DNA of 64,000 nt. It comes from the human T2T-CHM13v2.0 reference genome, Homo sapiens. Made by a program: the position numbers and the translations under genes. Of the stretch, positions 1 through 22,957 are shown in pieces; positions within the stretch are counted from its first letter, which is position 1; each line of letters starts with the position of its first letter. The notes under the pieces were generated by a model. The model was not told the origin of the DNA and did not search any database. It was given only the letters and a program-made list of their open reading frames with translations. The DNA lies in assembly GCF_009914755.1 (NCBI RefSeq), contig NC_060947.1; one strand, written 5' to 3'.

Positions 1-327
1 GTGAAGGGGAGGCAGGGAGAGGTCATGCTGGCCTCAGACTTGGACGCTGAAATGTTTAGTTACAGCCGGAGGGGGGACGCCTGCATAGGTCCTAGGGAAA
101 GGAGGGGACACCCAGGCATTGGAGACCCACTGTGTAGACGACTGCGAGACATGCTTAAATATTTAGCAGAAAGGAAGAGAAATTCGAATAGAGAGATTCA
201 GGAATGGGAGGAAGGGATGGAGGTGAAATCAAAGCTGTTTAAATACAGATGCTCTTCGATTTACAATTGGTTTACATCCCAACAAACCCATCGTAAACTG
301 AAATATCTTAAGTCAAAAATGCATTTA

Positions 328-990
<663 letters not shown>

Positions 991-1184
991 AGGTATTTTG
1001 GAGTTCCTGTGTCCACATAATTTCATCCTTCGATCTCACCCCCTATTCTCCCCACCTCTCCATCCTAAGGTCGGTGAATACTGCGTCGGGGAAATTGACC
1101 TAAAAAAATTTGTTATGGTCTATATATTCTCTGATGAGGGTATTTTTCTAAAAGCAATGAAGTCTTCAGGCTTTTAAAAGGAAG

Positions 1185-1365
1185 GGATTGGGGGGCGAGG
1201 GGAGGGAGAGCATCAGGACAAATAGCTAATGCATGCGGGGCTTAAAAGCTAGGTGACGGGTTGATAGGTGCAGCGAACCACCATGGCACACGTATACCCG
1301 TGTAACAAACCTGCACATCCTGCACACGTATCCCAGAATTTAAAGTAAAAGCAAAACAAAACAAA
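1185..1365 (+). mobile_element. L1PA 3' end fragment
   Basis: aggacaaatagctaatgcatgcggggcttaaa...gtaacaaacctgcacatcctgcac followed by an A-rich tail. Confidence 0.8.
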
Positions 1366-1576
1366 ACTCTTTTTAACAAAAGGTATGTTGATTGATTGGA
1401 GATTATTATATTACGGTCACATTTTCCAAGATAATATTTGATAACACTGAACAAGGAGTTGAAAATTTGAGCTGTTTTGTATACTAGTTATGTGACTTTG
1501 GATAAATCAATAAATATTTCTGAACATCTTAAAAAAAAAAAAAAAGAGGGATGCTGTCCATACGGTATCTGATATA

Positions 1577-1905
1577 TAGCTCACCCTCCGCATCTATGGG
1601 TTCCATATCTGTGGATTCAACCAACCTTGGATCGAAAATATTGGGGAAACAAAATTGCATCTGCACTCAACATGCACAGACTTTTTTCTCTTGTTATTAT
1701 TCCCTAAACAATACGACATAGCAGGTATCAACATAGCATGTGCATTGTAATAGGTATGGTAATTAACCTAGAGATGATTTAAAGTCTATGGGAGGATGTG
1801 CATTGCTTATATGCAAAGACAGTTCCATCTTGTATCAGAGACTTGAGCATCCGTGGATTTTGGTATAACCAGGAGGTCCTGGAACCAATCCTCCATGGAT
1901 ATCAG
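1577..1905. mobile_element. MER2 (TcMar-Tigger) relic
   Basis: ccatatctgtggattcaaccaacc...gaggtcctggaaccaatcctccatggata. Confidence 0.75.
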
Positions 1906-2146
1906 GAGAAATTCCATTTCATTAATTCATACTCCCGGTGGTCTTTGAAATGAGTCGTGCAACATCACTGTCACCTGCTGTCCATTTAGTGAGTTACTCT
2001 GGGTTTTTTATTTAGGGGAGCTGAAACACAGATTTTTAAAAAAAGTTTATTTTCATAAATCGCAATAATGTCATAAAAGCTGAGTGTGCGTCTGGGGCTC
2101 TTTAGTCCAGTAGCTACTTTGGTATATATAATGATGGCAAGGTTGA

Positions 2147-6615
<4,469 letters not shown>

Positions 6616-6963
6616 ATCAATTGCACTTTCGTGATTATGAGTTAGAATAGTCAAATTAAAAAAAAGGTTCATGATTACAGTGTTCTCTTTTACATCTTAA
6701 AGTTTCAGTAAATCTCACTAATAATGACTTTTGGGGGTGTTCAGTTTTTATAGATACCTTTTTTCTATTTCTTTCTGTGCTCCTGTTCCTCTGCCTTAGG
6801 GCATTGCACATGCTGATCTGCTTTCACGTGCATTTTTCAGCATGTTCTTCTTCTTACTTCATTTCCAGTCGTTCTACATCATTGGCTTCTACTCAGCCTT
6901 CAGGCTTCATTTTAGATATTACTTCCCTAGGAGTGTCTCCCCCTTTAGACCAGGTGAGGTCTC

Positions 6964-7037
6964 TTGATAACATTTTCTTTCCTAGAATTGATAACCATTT
7001 TCTTTCCTAGAATTGATAACCATTTTCTTTCCTAGAA
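6964..7037 (+). repeat. 3x 25-bp tandem repeat TTGATAACCATTTTCTTTCCTAGAA
   Basis: Units at 6964-6987 (one C missing), 6988-7012 and 7013-7037. Confidence 0.92.
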
Positions 7038-8308
7038 TTTCTCATGGCTTGCCATTTTGTATTTGTTATTTGTTGATTTTCTGTCTTCTTTGACAGTAAG
7101 CTTCATGAAGGTGCAGATCATATCTGTGTAGGCCACTGTTTAATCTTCACTACCTACCTCTCCATAAACACCTGTGAAATGCATACATTCATGCCTCGAT
7201 TAGGAGAATGAACTGGACATTCTCCTAAAAGGGAATGCTAGGATCAGAAATTTGGGAGCTGAGTATCCGAGTGACTGATCTCCACCCCAGCTGACATCAC
7301 TCAAAATCTCTGGGATCATGGCCTGCGGGTCTGCATTTGAAGGATTACAATTCTCTGAAGTTGGCCTGGTGCAGGCAAGAGGGGCTCATGTTGAGGCTCA
7401 ACCCCATCCACCCCCAAGAATTCCACAGTGTGTTTTCAGTGAGGATGTCAGTGTTCTCTTATCTCTGTTGCTCACACTCATTAAGCTAACTGCTTTGTGA
7501 CCTGACCTGATGGGGGCCCCAGTGTTTGGACACAGGTTTGCTTCTTGACCCTGTATTTGTCAAGGTAGGCTAGCTGCTATAACAAACAGCCCCCAAATAA
7601 GTAAAAGTTTATTTCTCATTTGTATCACAGCCAGCTGGGGTGGCCAAGGTATCCTCTACCCCATGCAGCCTTTCAGGGATCCAGGATGCTCCTATTGTTG
7701 TGCACCACCTTCTAGGGCAGCTCTTCTCAAGTGAGACTCCTTGGGAGGATTAGGCGCTGTTGCTGACGGCAGCCACTGTACGTAATGCATTAAGTAATCT
7801 CCTCCCCATCTAGCATGGTGTTAGATATGGACCATCCTTGGGAGAGTTGAGAAAAGAGTCACCTGATTTGTTCTCTGTTTGGTTTTATTTTCTTATGGAG
7901 GCCCAGTTCAGAGAGGGTGGAGGGATCTTGTTTTTCACCTGGCTGGTGGTAGAAGAGAGGATAGGAATATCTTATTCCTCTCGTTGCCCAGCCCAGAGGT
8001 GACTCACATCACCTCCTCACATTCACTCACATCACCTCCTCACATTCACTCAATCTGCTTGTGGGAATCACTTCCATGGTCCTGTCCAGGTGCAAGGAGG
8101 TCACAAAATGCACTTAGACATTAGCCCGAGAAGAAGAAGAAACAAACACAGGTATTGGTGAGCATATCACCTTGCCCCAGTCCTATCCCATATCAAGTTG
8201 TATTTGCACCATAGAGGCAGAAAAAAATGGAGTGGGTATTTTCAATTAAGTTGCATTTATTTGCACGAAGGTTTGACTTAACTTGCCTTTGCTCTTTCTT
8301 TATAACAG

Positions 8309-8413
8309 ATGATAGCTTGTCCTGAAACTGAGACTCCTGCCGTGATAACGTGTGACCCACTGTCCCAGCCTTCCCCTCAGCCTGCAGACTTCACAGAGAC
8401 TGAAACCATCTTG
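8309..8413 (+). CDS. GYG2: Glycogenin-2, internal coding exon (105 nt, phase 0/0)
   Basis: ttctttataacag|ATG...TTG|gtattc. Encodes MIACPETETPAVITCDPLSQPSPQPADFTETETIL, recognised as the GYG2 linker, and joins the next two exons in frame. Confidence 0.92.
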
Positions 8414-8529
8414 GTATTCCTCATCTATATGACCTACACATGGCCAGCTCTCTTATTGCTTGTTATTTTCTCACAGGGTCTATCCCCATTACATACCAGT
8501 GGGGGCGCCATAGGCTTTTAAAAATTCCT

Positions 8530-8561
<32 letters not shown>

Positions 8562-9167
8562 GAGTGGTTTCTCCCACCTGGAATAAGTTGTGTTATAATT
8601 AGTCTATTTCTCTATTATCCAGGTGGATAAGGAATCTGGCTGTCTGTTCGAACTTATTGTGGGGTTTTCTTTTTCGTCATTTTGTTATTCTCTTCCACTT
8701 TGCTTAAAAAAATTAATAAGAAAAAGATACAGCGTCTATATAGCATCTATGTCTCCATTAATTTTTTTAAACTTTTGATAGGACTTGCACCATGTCTAAA
8801 ATCAATATTCCATGACTATGGATTTTATTTTAATTCTTTTTTTCTCTAAGTTTACCCTTATGAATCTGGGCTTTTATTGCCACATATCATCAGAAAACTG
8901 GCTTTATGGACACCCCCCTGTTTTTAAACTCTCAAAGAGACTATCTTAGTAAAATGCTTCTGTAGGCATTTGGTATAAACAAGTCAAATCTCTCTCTGAA
9001 AATTTAACTTCCATGAATTGCATAAGAACTTGTAGCATCTCCTCTTGTCTGAGACTTGGTGGATGGCTCAGAAAAAGTGAGGGGAGAGAAGCTGAGCTAT
9101 TTTTAGCATTCCCAGAAAAGAAGATCGAGTACAGTCCATCAGTTTTTTTAAAAAAGTTAATTATAGT

Positions 9168-9582
<415 letters not shown>

Positions 9583-9699
9583 TCAACCCAATAATTTGAT
9601 TTTATTTTACCCCAGGATAAAGAGTTCTCCATCATTTAGGTTAGGGCTACAGTTCCCTGCAGCCCACCGCAGACTAATGATGGAATGGTTATGTTTTAG

Positions 9700-9807
9700 C
9701 AGCCAGCAAATAAAGTCGAAAGTGTCTCATCCGAGGAAACCTTCGAACCAAGCCAGGAACTCCCTGCTGAGGCTCTCAGGGACCCCAGTCTGCAGGATGC
9801 ACTGGAG
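9700..9807 (+). CDS. GYG2: Glycogenin-2, penultimate coding exon (108 nt, phase 0/0)
   Basis: gttttag|CAG...GAG|gtggta. Encodes QPANKVESVSSEETFEPSQELPAEALRDPSLQDALE. Not present in the ORF track. Confidence 0.92.
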
Positions 9808-10830
9808 GTGGTATCCAAATTCTTCCCCTTGCCCAAGGCTCCCGGTGGGGGCCATCCACCGTCACTGAGGTCAACTGCATGCACACAACAGCTGTTAATT
9901 TTTCAGCCTCATTTAACAAAAAATAAGAATCGGCTTCCCTCTTCCCCTGCCTCTGATTCTTCTGTCTTCTCTCTGGCATTTGCCTGGGGTGATCGGCCGA
10001 CTCTCTTTTGCCATCTTCAAGTCTGATCATCACGCTTTTTCTCTCTTTAAAAGCTGTTCTGCAGAAGGGATCAGGAGGGAAGTTGAGGGACTGTGGAAAT
10101 TAATGCGTAGCAATCCATTTTCTGAAATGAAGAGATTAAAAGCTGAAAATTGGAGGGAGTGGGGCATGCTAATGTTCGAATCCAAATGGGGCATGCAAAT
10201 AATTTCTTCTTTCAGGATGAAATGAGAGATGCATGCTTTCTGTTCCTTCCTCTTAGAGATGTTTTCATCTTCAACTACGTTCTCTCCATTGATGCATTTA
10301 ATGAAAGCAATTGCTAACGTTTTCTCTTGCTCTTTAAGCATGATCTAATAATGCCATTTGGTCTTTAAGTAACAATCAATACAGCTCTAGAGCTAGGTTT
10401 AGGTCTAGACTGAAAGTTGGTATTGAACGCATGTTTAGAGTGTGACCTACTGTGTTGGCTAAATGCCTTCCCTGGACAGTCACCCTTGGAGAAAATGTGA
10501 ACTTGTTTTTCTCATTCTTACTTGGTTACTGTTCAAATGCAGCATTTTGAACTTAATTTCTAGAGCTGTTGGTTGAGGTCCAGGTTTCTTATAAACATGT
10601 GAATGTATCCCTTCAGCATGTTCCATCCTTGTGGTCATCATTTGAGGCTCTGTGAATTGAATCTGTAGTTATTAGTGAGTGACAGGGCATCAGTGTGAGG
10701 TTGGGTAAGACCTACGTTGGACAGCTCAGCCATGTGGTAGGTTTGGGATCCTGGATGAGTTCATTACTTTTTCTTTTTAAAAATTATTATTATTATTATT
10801 ATTATTTAGGGACAGGGTCTTGCTGTGTAG

Positions 10831-11097
<267 letters not shown>

Positions 11098-11709
11098 TGA
11101 GGTGGAGACTGGGTTGCCCACCTCACAGAATTGGAAGGAGGGGTATTAAAAAGGAGAGTGGTATAGGGAAAGCCCTAGTTAGTGCTTGGCTCATAAAGAT
11201 GAGGAAGATTTCGGTCATTGATTTGCTAAACCGGGGCACTTTGACCTCCTGTGTGTCCACACTGTCCTCTAGGGGAACTTTATTTAGTATCTTGTATAAT
11301 ACCCTAATTCATAACATTGGAGCAGCTTGTTGTTTTCTTGGATACTCATCTCTTGTTAGCAGAAATGTCACAATCACTGTGCTGTTTTGTCTTGAAAACT
11401 AGTATAAGGTTGGGTGCTGTAGGTCCTGTTAATTCCAGAAACATTTCATTCTCAGGAACTGAATGGATCTAAATGCAAGTGCTCTTAGAGGGGAGAAATG
11501 CTGCAGTATCCTGAAGTGGACTTTTTAATTTATTTGTTAACTCTTGCTATCACCTTAATCAATAGGATGGCTGTCTTTAAATAAAATATAATATATGGGA
11601 ATGAGTGTAGAAGGCAGAATCTTATATGTAAAAACCTTCTAAAAACACTGCGGCAAGTAATTAGAGAAGAAAGTAGTATATGCCTATGGTGTAAAAACTC
11701 AAATTTATC

Positions 11710-12545
<836 letters not shown>

Positions 12546-12666
12546 GTGTGTGTCTATTATTGTTACCATCTTTAAATTTTTAAGAGTCTTTTTCTAGTTC
12601 TTGGTAAGAAGTGTTTAAAGCAAATGTATTTGTTCTTTTTGTTGACTCATCTGAATGCCAAACAAA

Positions 12667-12667
<1 letters not shown>

Positions 12668-12701
<34 letters not shown>

Positions 12702-12976
12702 GTTACACACTTGCATTTTCATCTGTTTTTTCACATGACCCTTAAGAAGGCAGGAACTCTGCCATTGAAAAAACTATCTGAATTATTATTTAAATTCCTT
12801 TGCCAAGCAGTCCAAATTCTTATAGGCTTTACTTACAGGAGGTGAGTTGTTTTTTCATTTAACGTAGTTTGGTTATTCACTGTCATACAAAACAGAAGTT
12901 TTGGTGGGTGAGAGTATTAAATTAGTGTGTGTGTGTGTGTGTGTGTGCGCACATGCGCATGTGTGCATGTGTGTGT
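12668..12976. repeat. Two (GT)n microsatellites (12668-12700, 12926-12976)
   Basis: Seen directly. Confidence 0.9.
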
Positions 12977-13270
12977 TTAAAATGGTTTAGTGGCTAGAAA
13001 TGAAAACAATTCTTCAGAAAAAGAGAACATATACAATTACATTTTATAAAATTTCAAAACACTTAAGCAAAAAAAATTATCTTCTAAGCATATTATACTA
13101 AATCTAGTGTATATTTAGCTCAAAAGAAAAGTGCTGCTGGGTGTGGAGGCTCACACCTGCAATCCCAGCTCACTGGGAGGCCAAGGCAAGAGGATTGCTT
13201 GAGCCCGGGAATTCAAGACCACACTGGGCAACATAATGAGACCCCATCTGTGCAAAAAATACAAAAATCA

Positions 13271-13426
<156 letters not shown>

Positions 13427-13560
13427 CTAGTGATTCGCAATCTCTTTTTGAGAACTGAGATGCATCTTTCTGCGGGACCCTACACTGGATGGGTTTTAGC
13501 AGTCTTTCCCTCGATAATGGACAGCTGCAAAAACCATCTCCCACTGACTGTCTTCCCTAG

Positions 13561-13722
13561 GTCGACCTGGCCGTCTCTGTTTCCCAGATCTCCATCGAAG
13601 AGAAGGTGAAGGAATTGAGCCCCGAGGAAGAGAGGAGGAAGTGGGAGGAAGGCCGTATCGACTACATGGGGAAGGACGCGTTTGCTCGCATCCAGGAGAA
13701 GCTGGACCGGTTCCTGCAGTAA
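13561..13722 (+). CDS. GYG2: Glycogenin-2, last coding exon with glycogen-synthase-binding C-terminal motif
   Basis: tcttccctag|GTC GAC...CAG TAA. Encodes VDLAVSVSQISIEEKVKELSPEEERRKWEEGRIDYMGKDAFARIQEKLDRFLQ*. WEEGRIDYMG..F..I..KLD is the conserved glycogenin C-terminal motif. Confidence 0.96.
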   Translation, partial: VDLAVSVSQISIEEKVKELSPEEERRKWEEGRIDYMGKDAFARIQEKLDRFLQ

Positions 13723-15335
13723 TCCGGCAGCTGGTGGGCGTTGTGTGTAGTTAGACAATGTCCTGTTGGGTGGTCCTGTTGCGTGGAGATCTCCTCTGGT
13801 CCTTTCAAAGGGAAACGCTGTTGAACCTTGTGCCTCTATTTATGCTTAATCCATTTGAGTGCCTCACACAAAAAACGTAGAGTATAGAAATCCACCTTAA
13901 AGCCCCTCGCCCCAACTTCTCCACCAACGCCTTCTGGGCTTTCTTCAGAGGTCACTTCTACCCTTGAAGCTGTCGGCAAAAGCGAGCAGTAATAACATTC
14001 TAGTAGACTCTCGATGGTGGTCTCCGCTCTTGCCCGAAGGACCTCTGAAGTACGCTGGAGCTGTGTTGTACAGGTGCTGTGAGACCTACCCTATTCAGAA
14101 TTAAACCTCACTGCAAATTTCCTCCCATCACGAAGCTAACAACACTAATATACGTATTTAGCACCTCTGAGGCTTTGCCATGGAGACCCATTTCTGTAGG
14201 GCTAAGGAAACATTTAGACGTGGTGACTGACTTTCATTTGGACTTGGCGAAGTGTATCTGAGAAACACCTCGGCTGTGGTCTCTCTGCTTTAAATCCTAA
14301 CAGGACTTCCTAGAGCGTTGACAGAAATTCTACTCGTGGACGTTGGGAAGAAAGATTGTAGGTGGCTTGGGGAATGTGGGTGGCTTAGAGGATCTAAACC
14401 GATTCACTTCCTGGTTGAGAAGCAACGAGGGCTTGCTCTAAATCGTTTAGAGGATAACAGGATCTAGAGATGCTCTCTGCTTGACAACAAAAGTCAGGGT
14501 GCAGTCGGTCCACCCTTGACTGCTCTTGGCTTGGTCTCTACCCTCACTACCTCAGTTCTCAATAACTTAGTGAATCACTGCCCTCCTCAAAGCCATTTCC
14601 ACTCAGCTCTTTCCAGAGAATTCTCAGTTTTATGAGACGGGAAACTTTATTTCACGAGAAAGCCTCATTGTCAGAAGTATCTTCATTCAATGGGCACAAT
14701 ATGCTGTGTATCTCACCAGGTAGCTGTCAGGGGCCACCGAGAGTGTCGTTAAAAATGGGCATCGTTGTAATAAAGGAGGAAAGTGCGACTTTTGAAATGT
14801 TTGGAAGGTTTATTTCTCATGCACATTCCAGGGAAAAGCAGAGAGTAAATTAGAGACGGGATAGGAAGGCCGTGGGAGAACTCGATCCTAGCCTGTGTCA
14901 GCTGGATGTGTTTACGTGGAGAGGCGTGGCCACTTTTTAGGTCACCTGAAGCAGTTTAGCCTTTGGATAGAGGAACCTGCCTGAATTTATGGCATTAGTG
15001 GTGGCATTTTTTTGTGTACAAGATGTGGGTGATGGAGGGGCTGTTTCTTTTTCCGTGTGGGTGGTTAATAATCGTCAGTCTCGGAGGGCGAGGCTCGTAG
15101 GATATTTCAGGTGAGTCAGGGTTGGATGGTCATCGGCTTTCAGAAGGAGACCACGGGAATGTTCAGGGAAACAATGTCAGCTTCTCTGAGGACCAGAATT
15201 CATGTTCACGGGCAGTGATGAGTTGGCTTATGGAGTGAGTCCAGTCTGGAATTCCGCCGTGCATTCTAGCCTGTATCATCTCATTTGGACAAATGCTGGC
15301 ACGTTGAAATTAAAATGTTAAAAAACAGCCATGTG
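13723..15335 (+). other. GYG2: GYG2 3' UTR (end approximate)
   Basis: Unique sequence after the stop. Candidate poly(A) signals: ATTAAA 14100-14105, AATAAA 14769-14774, and ATTAAA 15309-15314 followed by a GT-rich element at ~15347. Confidence 0.7.
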
Positions 15336-15437
15336 GCCTCCTTCCAGTGTGTGTTTGCCTATTTCCTGCGATATCAGGCTTATATTTTATATTAAACCAA
15401 GGGTAGGGCCTTTCTATTTTATTTTCGGCCTTTTCTA

Positions 15438-15857
<420 letters not shown>

Positions 15858-16098
15858 TTATTTTTGATTTAAAATGTTTTTTAACTGTCATGTAATAATT
15901 GTACATATTTATGGGGCATGTAGTAAAGTTGCAGTACACGTCATGTCTACTGATCAGGTCACGGGAATTAGCATATCCATCATCTCCAACCTGTACCATT
16001 TTTTGTGTTGGGAACATTCAGTATTCTCCTTCTATATATATATTTGAAACTATATAATATATGATTTTGAGCTGTAGTCATCCTATAGTGCTATATAC

Positions 16099-16619
16099 CA
16101 GTGATCCCCAACCTTTTTGGCACCAGGGACCAGTTTCATGGAAGACAATTTTTCCAGAAACCAGGCTGGGGGGATGGTTTTGGGATGATTCAGGTGCATG
16201 ACACTTATTGTGCACTTTATTTCTGTTATGATTACATTGTAACATGCAATGAAATAATTATACAACTCAGCATCATGTAGAATCAGTGGGAGCCCTGAGC
16301 TTGTTTTCCTGCAACTGGACAGTCCCATCCAGGGGTGACAGGAGACAGATCATCAGGCATTCGATTCTCATAAGGAGCACGCAACCTAGATCCCCTCACA
16401 TGCACAGTTCACGGTAAGGTTTGCACTGCTATGGGAATCTTACGCGGCCGCCGATCTGCAGGAGGCAGAGCTCGGGTGGTAATGGGAGCGATGGCGAGCG
16501 GCTATCAATACAGATGAAGCTTTGCTCACTCGCCCGCTACTCACCTCCTGCTGTGCGGCCCAGTTCCTAATAGGCCATGGACCAGCACTGGTCTGCAGCC
16601 CAGGGGTTGGGGACCCCTG
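16099..16619. mobile_element. MER1A (hAT-Charlie) DNA transposon inserted in an L1 fragment
   Basis: TIRs cagtgatccccaacc / ggttggggacccctg, ~520 bp long, degenerate 8-bp TSD ctatatac/ctatagaa. Confidence 0.85.
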
Positions 16620-17147
16620 CTATAGAACACTAGAACTACCTTAAAAAAAAAAACCCCAAAACTGGATCTCATAGAAGTAAGAACTAGAACAGAGGATACC
16701 AGAGGTCAGGAAGGGTAGGGAGAAGGGGTGATGGGGAGAGATTTGTTAAAGGGTACAAAATTACAGCTAGATAGGAGGAGTCAGTTCCAACAATAAATTT
16801 AAATTATCAGATGGATTTTTCAGAATTACTGGTCACAGTAAAATGCATAGAACTGTTTACTTCTAACCCTTTGCGATCTTGCAGGATCTCTTTAGGAAAG
16901 GTACCCATTTTCTGAACTTTGCTTTGTCAGTTTCATTCATTCATTCGTCATATGCTTATTGAGTGCTCTCTTTATACCCAGCTGTGTGACATGGGACAAA
17001 TCAATACACCATAAGTTTGGGAATATACACTTTTTTCCACGAGAAATCCTCATTGTCAGAAGTATCTTCATTCAATGGGCACAATATGCTGTGTATCTCA
17101 CTGGGTGGCTGTCAGGGGCCACCGAGAGTGTCGTTAAAAATGGGCAT

Positions 17148-17321
17148 GTTGATTGACGTCTCATGTCTCCCTAGAATATATAAAACCAAACTGTGCTCTG
17201 GCCACCTTGGGCACATGTCGCCAGGACCTCCCGAGGCCGTGTCGCAGGTGTGTGTCCTCAACCTTGGCAAAAGAAACTTTCTAAACTAACTGAGACCTGT
17301 CTCAGATTTTCAGGGTTCACA
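17148..17321 (+). mobile_element. MER4-family LTR 3' fragment
   Basis: gtctcatgtctccctagaatatataaaaccaaactgtg...gggttcaca; homologous in reverse to 45437-45600. Confidence 0.7.
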
Positions 17322-17806
17322 GGTACAGTGCTGAGTACGTGGGTGGGGGTACCTCACTACCATAGAAAATACCCTAGTGACAAACCGGCACGTGTACCCC
17401 TTAGACCTAACATAAAAGTTGAAATTATTTAAAAATAAATAAATAAATATTATGAGATTATTTTCTTGTGGCAAGTGGAAATGATGTGGGAAGGAAAGGA
17501 TTTCTAGATCTGTCGAATTGGCAGGGTGGATTGATGCCTACAGATCCACAGGAATAAGTTATAGTATTTTTGTTCCTCAAAGCCACTTGGTCGAATCCTG
17601 CAAAACCTTTGGCTGATGCTTGGAAGCACGAAACAGGTCCTAGTGTTAACGCGTTTTGGGGTGGAACTGTAGTTTGAAGCAGAAAGGGGTTTCTTTCTGA
17701 CCACCACCCTTGAATTAGGAAAAGCAGAGCAATTCTTTCTGGTTTCGTAGGCCTCTGCTCTTTAGTGTACAGTGCCATTTTAAAAATTATTTATTTATGT
17801 ATCTTT

Positions 17807-21414
<3,608 letters not shown>

Positions 21415-21502
21415 TTAAGAGTTCAGTAGAGTTAAGTCTAATCACATTGCTGTGCATGGGTCTCCAAAACTTTTTCATCTTGCAAAACTGAAACTCTGTG
21501 CC

Positions 21503-22020
21503 TGATAGCAGTGGGGAGATCCGAGTTACCCTGAGTTACCAGTGGCGAATCTGTAGGGGTCTGCGGCAATTTCAATACTTGCCTCCTTGGAAGAAAGAAT
21601 TTGACTGAGGGCGTAAGGCAGAAAAAGAGACCAAGGCAAGTTTCAAAGCAGGAGTGGAAGTTTATTTTAAAAAGCCTTAGAACAGGAGGAAAGGAAGGTA
21701 CTCCTGGAAGAGATGCAAGTGCATGCCTGAAGGTCAAAGAGAGCGAGAGCGAGGGAGTCTAACCTTGATCCTGGGAGTTTACGTGCTGGCCTCTTTCTTA
21801 CCCATGATTCTTCCCTTGGGGTGGGCTGCCCACATAAGCAGTGCCCTCCTTACCCTTGGAAAGTGAGCATGTGCGGTGTGTTTAGGGATTGTACGAATGC
21901 CGGTCTGAGACTTTCTTCCTTTTCTGGTGGAGGCTCCCGGAAGGTCATACTTCATACTTCACCATTTCATCTCTTTTCCCTGGCATTTGCAGTCAATTAA
22001 CACTTTAATGTTAATAGCTG
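21503..22020 (-). mobile_element. ERV1 LTR fragment (MER50-like)
   Basis: aagaaagaatttgactgagggcgtaaggcagaaaaagagaccaaggcaagtttc...gtttatt pattern. Family uncertain. Confidence 0.5.
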
Positions 22021-22558
22021 TGTTACTGGAAAGGAGTCCAGATCCAGACCCCAAGAGAGGGTCCTTGGAGCTCGTGCAGGAAGGAATTCTGAGTGAGTTC
22101 ATAAAGTGAAAGCAAGTTTTTTAAGAAAGAAAAGGAATACACGAATGGCTCTTCCATAGACAGAGCAGCCCCGAGGTCTCCTGGTTTCCCATTTTTATGG
22201 TTATTTCTTGATGATATGCTAAACAAGGGGTGGATTATTCATTCTTTCCCTTTTTAGACCATACAGGGAGACTTCCTGACGTTCCCATGGCATTTGTAAA
22301 CTGTCACAGCGCTGGTGGGAGTGTAGCAGTGAAGACCACCAGAGGTCACTCTTGTCACCATCTTGGTTTGGGTGGGATCTCGCCGGTTTCTGTACTGCAA
22401 CCTGTTTTATCACCGAGGGCTTTGTGCCGACCTCCCGTCTCATCCTGTGACTATGAATGCCTCACACACCTCCTGGGAATGCAGCCCAGCAGGTCTCAGC
22501 CTCATGTTACCCAGCCCCTATTCAAGATGGAGTGGCTCTGCCTCCAGTGCCTCTGATA
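22021..22558 (-). mobile_element. MER41A-type solo LTR
   Basis: Homologous to 22958-24142 but lacking the segment that carries the GAS motifs. Confidence 0.78.
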
Positions 22559-22957
22559 GTGTCACAGGCCGTGCTCACTCACATTTGGCTCAGAATAAAT
22601 CTCTTCAAATATTTTAGAGTTTTACTCTTTATCGGCATCATCTTGTCCAATTCCAATGAGGAGCTCTTGAAAGCTAAAACCAAGAAGTCTTCCCCATGGG
22701 AGAAGCACCCCCAAATCTTGTTCTCACCAATCAGGCGCATTCGCGGTTCTTCCTTTCCTCCCCTTCTCCTCCTGCACCACTTGCTGCTTCCCTTCTCCCA
22801 CGAATGCTCTCCAGGACCTGCTGCACTTCTCACAGTGCCCTAACTCTCGGCTCTGCAGGAAAATGACTTCACAGGAATTTCTCCTTGTAAAGATTTTATA
22901 ACCCAATGGATGGACCCTGATGGGACAAAACCCAGGGGTGAAAAATTAAAATGGCAA

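Noticed and set aside
8003-8052. 23-bp direct duplication (cacatcacctcctcacattcact x2)
   Set aside because: Ordinary slippage duplication within an old repeat, with no functional clue.
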